Source: Chloroherpetonaceae bacterium (lineage in GTDB: Bacteria; Bacteroidota; Chlorobiia; Chlorobiales; Thermochlorobacteraceae). Taken from it: a DNA stretch of 64,000 nt. How positions within the stretch are numbered: position 1 is the stretch's first letter; each line of letters begins with the position of its first letter. Shown here in pieces: positions 1 to 9,204 of the stretch. The position numbers were made by a program, and so were the translations under genes. Below the pieces are notes generated by a model. That model had not been told where the DNA came from. It ran no database searches and saw only the letters and a program-made list of their open reading frames with translations. Where the stretch lies: assembly GCA_025056565.1 (NCBI GenBank), contig JANWWA010000002.1, positions 179,456 through 243,455 on the forward strand, in the 5' to 3' direction.

Positions 1-1
1 A

Positions 2-790
2 AGCAATCAATCGTGGTTCAAGAACTATTTTGCTAGCCGCAATGTGGGACTGAATGTCGCAACACACTTAGATGCAGTGGAGTGTGTGCGGCTGTTTGGC
101 GCATCGTGTCCTTTTTCTTGGGTGCTGGTCAACTGCCACCTACCTGAAATGGAATTGCATGCGCTCACACACGCTTTGATGAAAACGCAAAGTGCAGCAC
201 CCGCTGTCATATTCTTCAATGCACGCCGCAAGACCGACTTATGGCACTTGCAGCATATTCCAAACGCAAAACTCCTCAATACACTGAGCACAGCCGAACT
301 GGACGCTATTCTTCAAAATCACTTTGTCAATCACACCCAAAACAGTATGCAGCCTGTTTCATCAACCATGCTTGAAGCGCCGGAGAGCATCTCACTGAAG
401 ATTTTGGTTGCAGACGATGCACGCGACAATCAGCTCTTAATCAAAGCCTTTTTCAAAAAGCAGCCCTTTGAGGTATGCTTTGCAAGCAATGGCTATGAGG
501 CGCTAGCGCAGTTTAAGGCACAAGACTTTGATCTTGTGCTGATGGATTTGCAAATGCCTGACCTTGACGGTTATGCGGCAACTGCCGCAATCCGACAATG
601 GGAGAGAGAAACCAAGCGCACACGCACGCCAATTATTGCGCTGACCGCATTTGCATTGGAAGAAAAACAAGCGCGCGCACTCGAAGCAGGCTGCGATGCG
701 TATCTAACTAAGCCAATTAAAAAAGAAGCGTTGCTCCAGATGATCTATACGCACTGCAGCCGCTATGCAGAAAATCATCGTGCATATTGA
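2..790 (+). CDS. C-terminal part of a hybrid sensor kinase or multi-receiver protein (5' end lies outside the window): pseudo-receiver plus a canonical CheY-like receiver domain
   Basis: The frame is open from base 2, with no stop before the GTG at 44 used by the ORF track. The last ~120 aa form a canonical receiver: ILVADDARDN...DLVLMDLQMPDLDGY...PIIALTAFA...YLTKPIKKE. The upstream segment SWVLVNCHLPEMELH...AVIFFNARR has the same layout but carries Asn where the phospho-acceptor Asp would be. Confidence 0.85.
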   Translation, partial: SNQSWFKNYFASRNVGLNVATHLDAVECVRLFGASCPFSWVLVNCHLPEMELHALTHALMKTQSAAPAVIFFNARRKTDLWHLQHIPNAKLLNTLSTAELDAILQNHFVNHTQNSMQPVSSTMLEAPESISLKILVADDARDNQLLIKAFFKKQPFEVCFASNGYEALAQFKAQDFDLVLMDLQMPDLDGYAATAAIRQWERETKRTRTPIIALTAFALEEKQARALEAGCDAYLTKPIKKEALLQMIYTHCSRYAENHRAY

Positions 791-1073
791 TGCTGACCTG
801 CAGGACATCGTGCCACTTTTTCTGCAAAGTCGTGCAGATGATGTGCAAAAGCTCCAGTCAGCCTTACAAGCCGCGCGCTACGACGAGATGTATGTAATCG
901 CCCACAACCTTGCTGGCACAGGCGCAGGCTATGGCTTTGAGACTATCAGCGATATTGGACGACAAATGTGCGATGCCATCAAAGCTCAAAAACTTGACGG
1001 CCTGCCCACACTCATTGAGCAGTTGCAAAGCTACTTAAGCGCCGTAGAGGTCGTCTACCGCTCATCGAAATAG
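765..1073 (+). CDS. Hpt (histidine phosphotransfer) domain protein
   Basis: 102 aa, helical. It has the Hpt signature around the phospho-His: YVIAHNLAGTGAGYGF (H-x-L-[KA]-G-x-x-x-x-x-G). It overlaps the receiver gene by 26 nt, which suggests translational coupling. Confidence 0.7.
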   Translation: MQKIIVHIDADLQDIVPLFLQSRADDVQKLQSALQAARYDEMYVIAHNLAGTGAGYGFETISDIGRQMCDAIKAQKLDGLPTLIEQLQSYLSAVEVVYRSSK

Positions 1074-1162
1074 AAAGAGCCGCATTTGCAACGATTCTCG
1101 CCTGCGAATTGTTAAATCGACCAAATCGTCTGTAGCGCCAAACCCAAACTCTGAAAAGTGAG

Positions 1163-1819
1163 ATGAAAACAGCTGAGAACTTTGCACATCAGGCATCGCA
1201 ACCCTATTCAAATGCACACTGCACGCAAAAAGTGGTAAGTCTGCATCTAGGAGCACTAAGGGATTATCTGCTGCATTCAGGGACATTTAGCGCAACGTGT
1301 GCGTTTCTCTGTGCCGTCTTTTCTTTCCATTGGCAAGGGGCGGTGTATGGAATGACCTTCGGTGCGCTCTTTGGGCTTTTCTTTCTGTGGCTCTCACGCA
1401 CACTAAGGCAGAAGCTCGGTGAAGTGTTTGGCTCAATTCTCATCTATGGCTTTTCAGGCACGGCAGCTGGCGCATTTGCAGGCGCACTCACTAAAATTAT
1501 CTGCACACCGATTGCTGCACTTGTCTTAGATGCAATTTATGGCAACACGATTGGTGAGCCAGAGCGTGCTTTCTATGCGGTAGTGTATGCAGGGTTTCTG
1601 GGTGGATTCTTTGGCTTGGTAAAAGCACTTTTCTTCGATGAAGCGCAAACCAGCGACATCAGTGATGGTAAGCCAATTGCCATCAAGGAAGAGTTAGAAG
1701 AGCGCTCACCAGCAGCCCCGCCTGCTCCGCAAGAGGCAGAAGATAGCCTGCCACCACTGAGGCCGCGCTACATCATTCCAAAAGAGCTGACACAGGAGAG
1801 TTTCTTCAGCGAGAACTAA
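1163..1819 (+). CDS. hypothetical integral membrane protein
   Basis: 218-aa ORF with about 4 Gly/Ala/Phe-rich hydrophobic segments and an acidic, Pro-rich C-terminal tail. No recognisable family. Confidence 0.55.
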   Translation: MKTAENFAHQASQPYSNAHCTQKVVSLHLGALRDYLLHSGTFSATCAFLCAVFSFHWQGAVYGMTFGALFGLFFLWLSRTLRQKLGEVFGSILIYGFSGTAAGAFAGALTKIICTPIAALVLDAIYGNTIGEPERAFYAVVYAGFLGGFFGLVKALFFDEAQTSDISDGKPIAIKEELEERSPAAPPAPQEAEDSLPPLRPRYIIPKELTQESFFSEN

Positions 1820-1851
1820 GCTGCACAAGGACAGTAAGCGCTAAGTGTGAG

Positions 1852-3708
1852 CTACTTTCTCGAGGGTTTGAGATGTTTTTTCAGAAATTTCTCCATGGCG
1901 CGGTAAAACTCAAACTGGTTTTCTTCGTTACGAAAACCGTGTCCTTCATTCTCCTTTACAAGGTACGGCACCTCGACGCCGCGTGCGCGTAAGGCATTCA
2001 CAATTTGATTAGATTCTTCAATGTTCACACGAGGGTCTTTTGCGCCTTGTGCGACAAAGAGCGGAGCTTTGATATTCTGCACATAAAAGAGAGGCGAAGC
2101 CTCACGCATGGCTTCTGCTTCTGTCTCAGGATTGCCGATCATTTCATACATCATTTCCAAGTATGGTTTCCAGTAAGGGGGAATGGTTTTCATAAAGGTG
2201 AAAAGATTAGAAATGCCCACATAATCAACTCCGCAGGCGTAAAGGTCGGGCGTGAAGGCTAAGCCAGCAAGCACCGCATAACCACCGTAGCTGCCGCCGT
2301 AGATTGCAATGCGTTTGGGGTCAGCAATACCCTGATGGATAAGCCAGTGCACACCGTCAGTAATATCGTTCTGCATCGCTTTGCCCCACTGTTTGAATGA
2401 GGCTTCCCAGAATGCGCGACCGTAGCCAGTTGAGCCGCGAAAATTCATCTGCAAGACAGCATAGCCGCGATTAGCTAAAAACTGCACTTCAGGATTAAAC
2501 CCCCAAGCGTCTCTCGCCCACGGACCGCCGTGTGGGTTGACCACAACGGGTAAGTTCTTTGGTTCAATGCCTTTAGGCAAAGTCAAATAGCCGTGAATGC
2601 ACAGACCATCGCGCGAAGTGTACTGGATAGGCTTCATTTCGCAGAGGTCTTCCTCCTTGAGCCATGGGCTGACTTTGGCAAGCTCGGTAAGCGTATCTGT
2701 GTGGCTATCGTAGAGGTAGTAAGCGCCTAAGGAGCGGTCGCTGTAGGTGCGAAAGATAAATCGGTCCTCTGCTTTGTTGTGACTGGCTAGCACCAGCTCG
2801 TAGTTGGGCAGTTCACGCTGCACACGAGTAAAAATTCGTTCAATCTCTTTGTCTAGAAAAACCTGCTCACGCTTCCAAGTAATGAAGGAGACCATCGTAA
2901 GCACTTTGCGCTTGCGGGAGTAAGCCAGCTCGGAGACATCAACTTCAGGATGCTCAAAAATCACCTCGTCTTCCTTGCCAGTCTCAGGATTAAAGCAGAC
3001 AATTGCGGTTTTGTCACGTCCTAAATTCGAGGCAGCATAGAAACGTTGGTTATCAAAGGTAAAAAAGAGTGGCGTGAGCGTATCCCGAAAGTTGAGGTGA
3101 AAGATAGGGCGAAAGGCTTCTGCTGAAGTCGCCCGATAAAGGAAAGTTTGATTGACGCCGTCAGTAGAAATGGCCAAGCGAATTTCGCCATTGTGGTCAG
3201 TAAACCAGTGCGTAATGCTGCCCGGGTTTTCAACCAGTAGCGTAAGTTCTCCTGTTTCCACATTCAGTCGATAAGCATCAAAGCATTCAGGGGTGCGACG
3301 GTTGAGAGCAATCAACAGCTCTGTATCGGATTCAGGCAGTTCGTCAATTAGCAGTGCGCGCACATTTTCAAAGGGAGTCAGATCACGCGACTGACCGGTT
3401 AGACAGTCAGCAGCAAAAACATGAAAGTTCTCGTCACCTTTAAAGTCGCGCAAATACAGCACCGTGTGATTGCCTTTCCAAAAGAGCTGCGAAATGTCAC
3501 GGTCTAACTCGCTGGTTAGTCGCTGAGCCTTGGCTGCGCCAAGGCGCTGGATATGCACATTTTGTCGGCGCTTGTAGGGCTTCAAAAATGCTAAATATGT
3601 GCCGTCAGGCGAAATTCGGTAAGCCGTGCGCTCTGGCTTCTTGAAAAAACGTGTAAGTGGAATTTTCGTCCGCTGTGTGTGCGGTGATGTGATGGCGCTC
3701 ATTGGCAT
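1852..3708 (-). CDS. S9 family serine peptidase (prolyl oligopeptidase / dipeptidyl aminopeptidase-acylaminoacyl peptidase type)
   Basis: 618 aa. An N-terminal beta-propeller-like region is followed by an alpha/beta hydrolase domain. The nucleophile elbow is IAIYGGSYGGY (GxSxGG), with DPRV and EGHGF elements near the C-terminus. Confidence 0.9.
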   Translation of the reverse strand: MPMSAITSPHTQRTKIPLTRFFKKPERTAYRISPDGTYLAFLKPYKRRQNVHIQRLGAAKAQRLTSELDRDISQLFWKGNHTVLYLRDFKGDENFHVFAADCLTGQSRDLTPFENVRALLIDELPESDTELLIALNRRTPECFDAYRLNVETGELTLLVENPGSITHWFTDHNGEIRLAISTDGVNQTFLYRATSAEAFRPIFHLNFRDTLTPLFFTFDNQRFYAASNLGRDKTAIVCFNPETGKEDEVIFEHPEVDVSELAYSRKRKVLTMVSFITWKREQVFLDKEIERIFTRVQRELPNYELVLASHNKAEDRFIFRTYSDRSLGAYYLYDSHTDTLTELAKVSPWLKEEDLCEMKPIQYTSRDGLCIHGYLTLPKGIEPKNLPVVVNPHGGPWARDAWGFNPEVQFLANRGYAVLQMNFRGSTGYGRAFWEASFKQWGKAMQNDITDGVHWLIHQGIADPKRIAIYGGSYGGYAVLAGLAFTPDLYACGVDYVGISNLFTFMKTIPPYWKPYLEMMYEMIGNPETEAEAMREASPLFYVQNIKAPLFVAQGAKDPRVNIEESNQIVNALRARGVEVPYLVKENEGHGFRNEENQFEFYRAMEKFLKKHLKPSRK

Positions 3709-4036
3709 AGGTGTTACAAAATTTCGGTTGGAATTTAGGTAACTTTTTTTGCAAACTTGTAACCCTTTTTAAGGTATTGCCGAAAATGGTGTGGTGTAAC
3801 TTGGTATGTGGGCTAAGCCTTGATGTTGTAAGGCAAAACCGCTGGAAAGGAAAAAATTACAATGCTAGTGAGCAACTTCTCTTGCGGGTGAGCGGTGGCA
3901 TATGCATGCTGACGGCTTCCCGCTGAGAGAAAACGGATTGCTGCGCAACGTCTCTATCGAGGCAAGATAATTTCAGAAAGCAGTAGAGGGAACCTGCGAC
4001 GCCAAACGCACCATTTTCTATGGGGTTAAAAACCGA

Positions 4037-5341
4037 TTGAAAGACTTGTCAAAGCTGGATACATCTCGCTCCACGAAACTGGGGTGGCTGACAGAGCTAC
4101 TCGCTTCTGCATTTTCTGCTCTTTCGCATCGGGATTATCGACTGCTTTGGATTGGTGCATTCTTCTCTAACGTTGGCTCGTGGATTCAAAAAGTCGGCCA
4201 GCCTTGGCTGATTTTGAGCCTAACGGGCTCGCCACTGCTCTTAGGGATTGATGGTTTTATGCAAGATGCCCCCTTACTCCTTTTTCTGCTGGTAGGCGGT
4301 GCAATTTCTGACCGTTTTGACAAGCGTAAGATTCTCATTTTCTCGCAAATTGTGCAGGGCACAAGTGCATTGATGTTAGCAGCACTGGTGGCGACAGGAC
4401 ACATTACGGTATGGACAATCATTGCACTCTCGTTTATTGTCGGCTGTGTGCAATCTCTCTCGACACCAGCCTATTTGTCCACACTGCCTGCCTTAGTGCC
4501 ACCTGAACACATCACCAATGCAATTGCCCTAAACTCAATGCAGTTTAACTTGTCACGCTTTATTGGGCCGGCAATTGGGGGTGTAGTCGTAGCATCCTTA
4601 GGAGTGGCATGGTGCTTTGGGCTAAATGCGCTCTCTTATCTTGCTCTGTTGATTGTTCTGCCGCTGATTCAGTTTCCGCCTGCAAGCACGCAGGTCATCT
4701 CGCTCACATCACTAAGAGAAAGCATTGCTGAGGGGGTTCAAGAAGTGCGCCGCCGTCCTGAGCTTCTTTCAGTAACAATTACCGTCTTTTTTGTGAGCTT
4801 CTTTGCAGGACCGATTCTGAATTTCATTCCAGCCATTGCGAAAGAAAACCTGCAAGCTGAAGCGGGCGGGTTTAGCTTAATGCTATCGGCTTTTGGAGCG
4901 GGAGCAGTGCTGGGCGCATTGCGTGTAGCCGTGCTGAGAGACAGTCGGCAGCGATATCAAATTGTGCTTGGCTCTTCAGGCATTTTGGCAGGCGCTGTAG
5001 CAGCGATTGCACTCTCACATCTCTTTTTGCTCTCCTTGGCGCTGATGTTCGTAAGTGGCTTTGCACTGGTAAGCTGCGGGTCGGTCGGCAATACGATTAT
5101 GCAAACAGGTGTCGAGGAGCAGTTGCGGGGTCGTGTCATTAGCATCTATGCCACTGCGTTTCGTGGGGGCTTACCGCTGGGCAGCTTGCTGACGGGTGTG
5201 CTTTCAGAGCACTTTAGTGCAGCAACTGCGCTGCTATGTGATGGAATAGCACTATTTGCCGTGTTAGGCATTATCTGGTATATCTTCGCTCCACGCTTGG
5301 TGCAAAAAGAAGTGGCAGATTCTGTGCAAAGCAGCATGTAG
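4037..5341 (+). CDS. MFS transporter (EntS/MFS_3-like)
   Basis: 434 aa with about 12 hydrophobic helices. Start of helix 1 reads RDYRLLWIGAFFSNVGSWIQ, and a GGAISDRFDKRK loop between TM2 and TM3 is typical of MFS. The start is TTG, because the upstream in-frame ATG runs into a stop. Confidence 0.85.
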   Translation: MKDLSKLDTSRSTKLGWLTELLASAFSALSHRDYRLLWIGAFFSNVGSWIQKVGQPWLILSLTGSPLLLGIDGFMQDAPLLLFLLVGGAISDRFDKRKILIFSQIVQGTSALMLAALVATGHITVWTIIALSFIVGCVQSLSTPAYLSTLPALVPPEHITNAIALNSMQFNLSRFIGPAIGGVVVASLGVAWCFGLNALSYLALLIVLPLIQFPPASTQVISLTSLRESIAEGVQEVRRRPELLSVTITVFFVSFFAGPILNFIPAIAKENLQAEAGGFSLMLSAFGAGAVLGALRVAVLRDSRQRYQIVLGSSGILAGAVAAIALSHLFLLSLALMFVSGFALVSCGSVGNTIMQTGVEEQLRGRVISIYATAFRGGLPLGSLLTGVLSEHFSAATALLCDGIALFAVLGIIWYIFAPRLVQKEVADSVQSSM

Positions 5342-5431
5342 TTGTAAGTAGCTTAAGGTCGCAAATGTTGCTACTAAACTAATGGTCTCTGCACATGGCT
5401 TGCTTGCAGTCGGAGGCCTGTAGGCACAAAG

Positions 5432-6751
5432 CTATGACTCAAAAAAGGCTTTCATTTTTTCAAATGCAGCGCGCTTCCTTATGAGTCCGTTTATCAGCTG
5501 CAGCATAGCGGTTGCACCTTGAGCAAAGTAAATAGGACGAGAAGAAACGATGTTGGTGTAGTAGACAGCAGGAATGCCAAGCTCTTTTACATAGCTGTCG
5601 AGTGATGTCGTGCCGATGACTAAATCAGGCTTATGTTGTAAGACAGCACGGCGATCTTCCTCGAGATACTTGCGGTAGCGCAAATCCGTGCCCAGCATCG
5701 TAAGTAGCTTGTGGTCGTCGTCGCCTAATGTCGTGTGGGCAATAGAGGTAGAAGCATATGGTACAGCTGCGCCAGCTTCCAGTAGCAAGCGCACTAGCGG
5801 GAATTCATTGCCTTCGTAGCCTGCTACAAGAACCGTTGCGCGGACAGGGTTTGCTTCAATAGCAGCTCTTACTTTGGCTTTCTCTTCCTGTGCAACTTGC
5901 TCCACGAGAGCAGCATCGAGCTCGAGTGCTGCGCCCACGTCTTTTATCCACTTATAAGTTGCATTTGCGCCAACTGGATTGCCTGCGATAACAGGCACAC
6001 CTGCCTTCTCAAAAAGTTCTGCTGTGCGCTCGTAGAAAGGATGCAAAATAGCAACAGCTGCGGCGCTGCCCGCTTCTATGAAATCGTCAATATGCTGAGA
6101 TGGCAGAACAATGACGGATGCAGCACCGATTTTTTGTAGCACCATTCCCAGTGCCATCGCATCAAGCGGAAAAATTTCGCCAACGATAACGATAGATTTT
6201 TCGCGACGCTGAGAAAACTTTGCTAAGCGCTTTAGCAGCGCTTCCAGCGCAATATCTTTGGCTTCAGGATGGGATTTGATGAGGTAGGCAGGCAAGCGCA
6301 CCAAAACCACTTCAGCATTGCCCACGCGCTTAGGTAGGAGTTCTTCAGCCAAGCCAGCTGTCTCAGCCACGCACAAGCTCACAACGGGAATAAGACGCAC
6401 CGAAGGATCTTTTGCGATTTCTTCAATCGTTGCTCGCACATCGTCAATGATGCTACCGCTTGCAAGCTGTGTCGACATCACTTCAGGCGAGACAATAGAC
6501 TTGCGCGCTGCATAAAAATGCGTTACGAAGGTCAAGCCATACATACAGCCTTTATCAGTAGCCATGCAGACCTGCGCACCATCAATGCGCGTAACAACCC
6601 GTAAGCCACCAAAAGCGGGGCACATCGTCTGTGGGTGTAGGTTGTTTTCTTCTTCGGCATGGCTCTCCTGAGCCGTGTGCTCGCGTAAGATATTAAACAG
6701 CGCAGAGAAGGTCTCGTCACTGGGAGGAACTGTAGACACAGAGTTTGACAT
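5432..6751 (-). CDS. bchY: chlorophyllide a reductase subunit Y (nitrogenase-like bacteriochlorophyll biosynthesis enzyme)
   Basis: HPQTMCPAFGGLRV...GCMYGLTFVTHFYAARKS... matches the BchY signature as I recall it (HPQTMCPAFGSLRV, CVYGLTFTSHFYGARRS). I chose the ATG at 6751 because AAGGAG lies 8 nt upstream; the longest ORF starts at a TTG at 6772. Confidence 0.85.
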   Translation of the reverse strand: MSNSVSTVPPSDETFSALFNILREHTAQESHAEEENNLHPQTMCPAFGGLRVVTRIDGAQVCMATDKGCMYGLTFVTHFYAARKSIVSPEVMSTQLASGSIIDDVRATIEEIAKDPSVRLIPVVSLCVAETAGLAEELLPKRVGNAEVVLVRLPAYLIKSHPEAKDIALEALLKRLAKFSQRREKSIVIVGEIFPLDAMALGMVLQKIGAASVIVLPSQHIDDFIEAGSAAAVAILHPFYERTAELFEKAGVPVIAGNPVGANATYKWIKDVGAALELDAALVEQVAQEEKAKVRAAIEANPVRATVLVAGYEGNEFPLVRLLLEAGAAVPYASTSIAHTTLGDDDHKLLTMLGTDLRYRKYLEEDRRAVLQHKPDLVIGTTSLDSYVKELGIPAVYYTNIVSSRPIYFAQGATAMLQLINGLIRKRAAFEKMKAFFES

Positions 6752-6807
6752 CGCACAATACTCCTTTCTCAATGTTAAGGTGCTACTTGATTGAAAACTG
6801 CTTGAAG

Positions 6808-8430
6808 TTACTGAATCTTATCGAGAAATGCACCTTTGGGAAGTTGCGAGGCGTAATCTCTAATTGCTTTGAGAGCGTCGCTCTGCTGTGCAAATTGTCC
6901 AACACGGACGCGGTAGCGAATCTCGCCGTTCACCGTGCGTGGTTTAATACTGACGCTAAAACCCTTCTCGGCAAAGGTCGCAGCGACTTGCTTAGCCTCT
7001 TGCTCGGTAGGACGAGACGCCACAACAATCGTCCAGCCACCCTTTGCTTCACTTACAGGCGTAGAGAGTTCAGGCGGCAAAGTGCTTGCAGAAGAACTTG
7101 CTTTTGGTGCCGTGATACTGGTCGGGGTAGCTTGACTAACGGGTGGTTTGTCAGTTGTTCTTGCACTGGGCTTGCCAGCAGAGTGTGCGCCATCACTATC
7201 CAGTAGGTTGCTAGTTGTCGCTGGCGATTTTGGCTCATGCGGCGTAGATGATGGGCTGGCTTGACTCTCTTTACGAGCCCCTTCACTGGCTTTAGAAAGG
7301 CTCGAGGCTGAATTCTGAGCCACTGGCGAAGAGGTCGGAAAGGTGCGCGTGCTGCGTGCGTAGAAAAAGAACATCACAACAACCGCTACCACCGCTACTG
7401 CCACACCAATGAGTGTGAGGATTGCACCTCGGCTAAGCTCTTCTCGTGGAGTACGTATAACAGCAGGTGCAGCAGCCAACTTTTCTCCTGTGGAGGAGGT
7501 GTTTGCTGCAGCCGAAACCGCTTCAACCACACTGTGCTCAGAAGGTGTAGCAAGGGTGTCGTGCGATGAGGAGGATTGCAACGGCTGCAGGAGGGCTTCA
7601 ACTTCCTCAGGAGAAGTAGGAATCGGTGGCTGAAAAGGTGCTTTCTTATCTTTGTTTCGCCGATGCTTCTTTTCTAAGTCTGCAAGAAGCCCGGATTGCT
7701 GCAAGAAAATTTGTGGGGTGTTCTCAGCCGCCTGATTGGGGGCATCTAACCCAAACTCTGTAGGGTCAAGCGTTACATGCGAGATAGCAGGTGATGACTC
7801 GGGAGAAGTGAGCGTAGGCTGAGGCGGTTCCGTAGGGGTGCTGTGGATGCGTGGTTGGCTCTCTGTTACAGGCGTTGCATCTGCAACGGATGCAGTAGCC
7901 GCCATATTAGGCTGAGAGGGCGCTTTGGGAGCAGACAGGGGCAGCGCATCCAACATCTGGTATGGCTTATTGAGCAAATCCAGTATCCACTCCGATGGCT
8001 CAATGGTAACCCCTTGCTCAGTTTTGTGAAGCGTGCCCAGCTGACCAAGCTCCACGCGCGATTTGAATTCCAGCGTTTTTTGGACGGCAGTGGCAACGCC
8101 TGCAACGAATCTTTCCGCCAAATCTTCTTCCAAACCCAAATCGTCAATCGCTACATCATAAAGAAATCCTGCACTGTCTTCCTGCTCTGGAAGAAGCTCA
8201 AGGGCAGCGCGAGGAGGCAAGAGCTTGGTGTGGCCATGCTCTTCAACAGGGCGAGAGGGAATATGCACCTTGCGCAAGACACCAATCCCTGAAAGATGCA
8301 CCGACCCAGATAGCAAAAGTTCCTCAGCGGCACGATATACCAGCACTTCTAACCACTGTTCAACTTTCTCGGCTGAGAGACCTAGCGCAGGCGCAAGTGA
8401 TTTTGCAATGATTTCCAAAGTTGAAGCCAT
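6808..8430 (-). CDS. membrane-anchored protein with tandem HU-like (HU-CCDC81-type) N-terminal domains, a Pro/Ser/Thr-rich linker, one TM helix and a C-terminal SPOR domain
   Basis: The N-terminus IIAKSLAPALGLSAEKVEQWLEVLVYRAAEELLLSGSVHLSGIGVL has the HU/IHF-like fold pattern, and a second copy is FVAGVATAVQKTLEFKSRVELGQLGTLHK. The TM helix is ILTLIGVAVAVVAVVVMFFFYA. The C-terminus GWTIVVASRPTEQEAKQVAATFAEKGFSVSIKPRTVNGEIRYRVRVGQF is a typical SPOR repeat. Confidence 0.75.
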   Translation of the reverse strand: MASTLEIIAKSLAPALGLSAEKVEQWLEVLVYRAAEELLLSGSVHLSGIGVLRKVHIPSRPVEEHGHTKLLPPRAALELLPEQEDSAGFLYDVAIDDLGLEEDLAERFVAGVATAVQKTLEFKSRVELGQLGTLHKTEQGVTIEPSEWILDLLNKPYQMLDALPLSAPKAPSQPNMAATASVADATPVTESQPRIHSTPTEPPQPTLTSPESSPAISHVTLDPTEFGLDAPNQAAENTPQIFLQQSGLLADLEKKHRRNKDKKAPFQPPIPTSPEEVEALLQPLQSSSSHDTLATPSEHSVVEAVSAAANTSSTGEKLAAAPAVIRTPREELSRGAILTLIGVAVAVVAVVVMFFFYARSTRTFPTSSPVAQNSASSLSKASEGARKESQASPSSTPHEPKSPATTSNLLDSDGAHSAGKPSARTTDKPPVSQATPTSITAPKASSSASTLPPELSTPVSEAKGGWTIVVASRPTEQEAKQVAATFAEKGFSVSIKPRTVNGEIRYRVRVGQFAQQSDALKAIRDYASQLPKGAFLDKIQ

Positions 8431-8568
8431 GCTGAATTACTCTGTTGGGTTATGCGTTCATAACATAGCTAAACTCTCTGGGCAAAGCAATCCGTTCAAA
8501 TGTGCCAAAGCAGAATCAAGAGCGCCAGTGCCAAAAAATTGTCTGCTGAAAGATGGTAACGGTTAGGC

Positions 8569-9168
8569 TCAGAGTGGAGCTAAAACTTTGCACTTCCACC
8601 CTATGCCTTTCTGGTTATAGACCGTTACGGCGTCAATAGGCGGAAAGGCACTTTCAATCTCTCGCCAGATTTGTTCATGCTTATCTTTAACAAACATAGA
8701 GACCAGAAAAATGCCGTTTGGCTTCAGATACTGGGCGTAGCGTTGGAAGCCTTTCAAGGGATTGTGCAGGTAATAGATGGATTCGTTGAACACGATGGCA
8801 TCGAACTGCTCTTCGGGCACGTAAGTGTTCATATCACCAACAACGAAGTGGGTGCGTTCCGTGCATTTGTGTGCAGCCAGCTTAATTGGCTCTGAAAAAT
8901 CCACGCCGACATATTTAGAATACATCACTTCGGGAATGCTCTCCTGCAAGATGCCTTCGCCGCAGCCCATATCCAGAAGCGAACCTTTGGGTTTGAGGCG
9001 CATAAAGTAACCTGCTAAGATGCTATGGTGCGCCAGTTCATCTAAGTTGCGCAGCCAAGCCCACTCGCCGCGAGCGTATTGTTCTTGCCACTTTTCTTCG
9101 TTGTCTTTACCGAGTACGTGCCGAAAAAGCCGCTGTGCTTTTGAAAGAAGGTTGCTGCTTAGGTCCAT
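8569..9168 (-). CDS. class I SAM-dependent methyltransferase
   Basis: 199 aa. Motif I is LLDMGCGEGIL, followed by VGVDFS and FDAIVFNESIYY. Confidence 0.8.
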   Translation of the reverse strand: MDLSSNLLSKAQRLFRHVLGKDNEEKWQEQYARGEWAWLRNLDELAHHSILAGYFMRLKPKGSLLDMGCGEGILQESIPEVMYSKYVGVDFSEPIKLAAHKCTERTHFVVGDMNTYVPEEQFDAIVFNESIYYLHNPLKGFQRYAQYLKPNGIFLVSMFVKDKHEQIWREIESAFPPIDAVTVYNQKGIGWKCKVLAPL

Positions 9169-9204
9169 TGTCTTTTTCAGAAAACGCTAAGTTGCCTTCA
9201 GATG

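Noticed and set aside
3709-4036. Repeated GTAAC/GTTAC pentamers (3713, 3739, 3759, 3796) and the ORF 3711..3926 in the divergent S9-peptidase / MFS promoter region.
   Set aside because: The motifs are too short for significance: the GTTACAA...TTGTAAC inverted pair is only 7 nt with 37-nt spacing. The ORF has an implausible Cys/Trp/Leu-rich composition and no SD.
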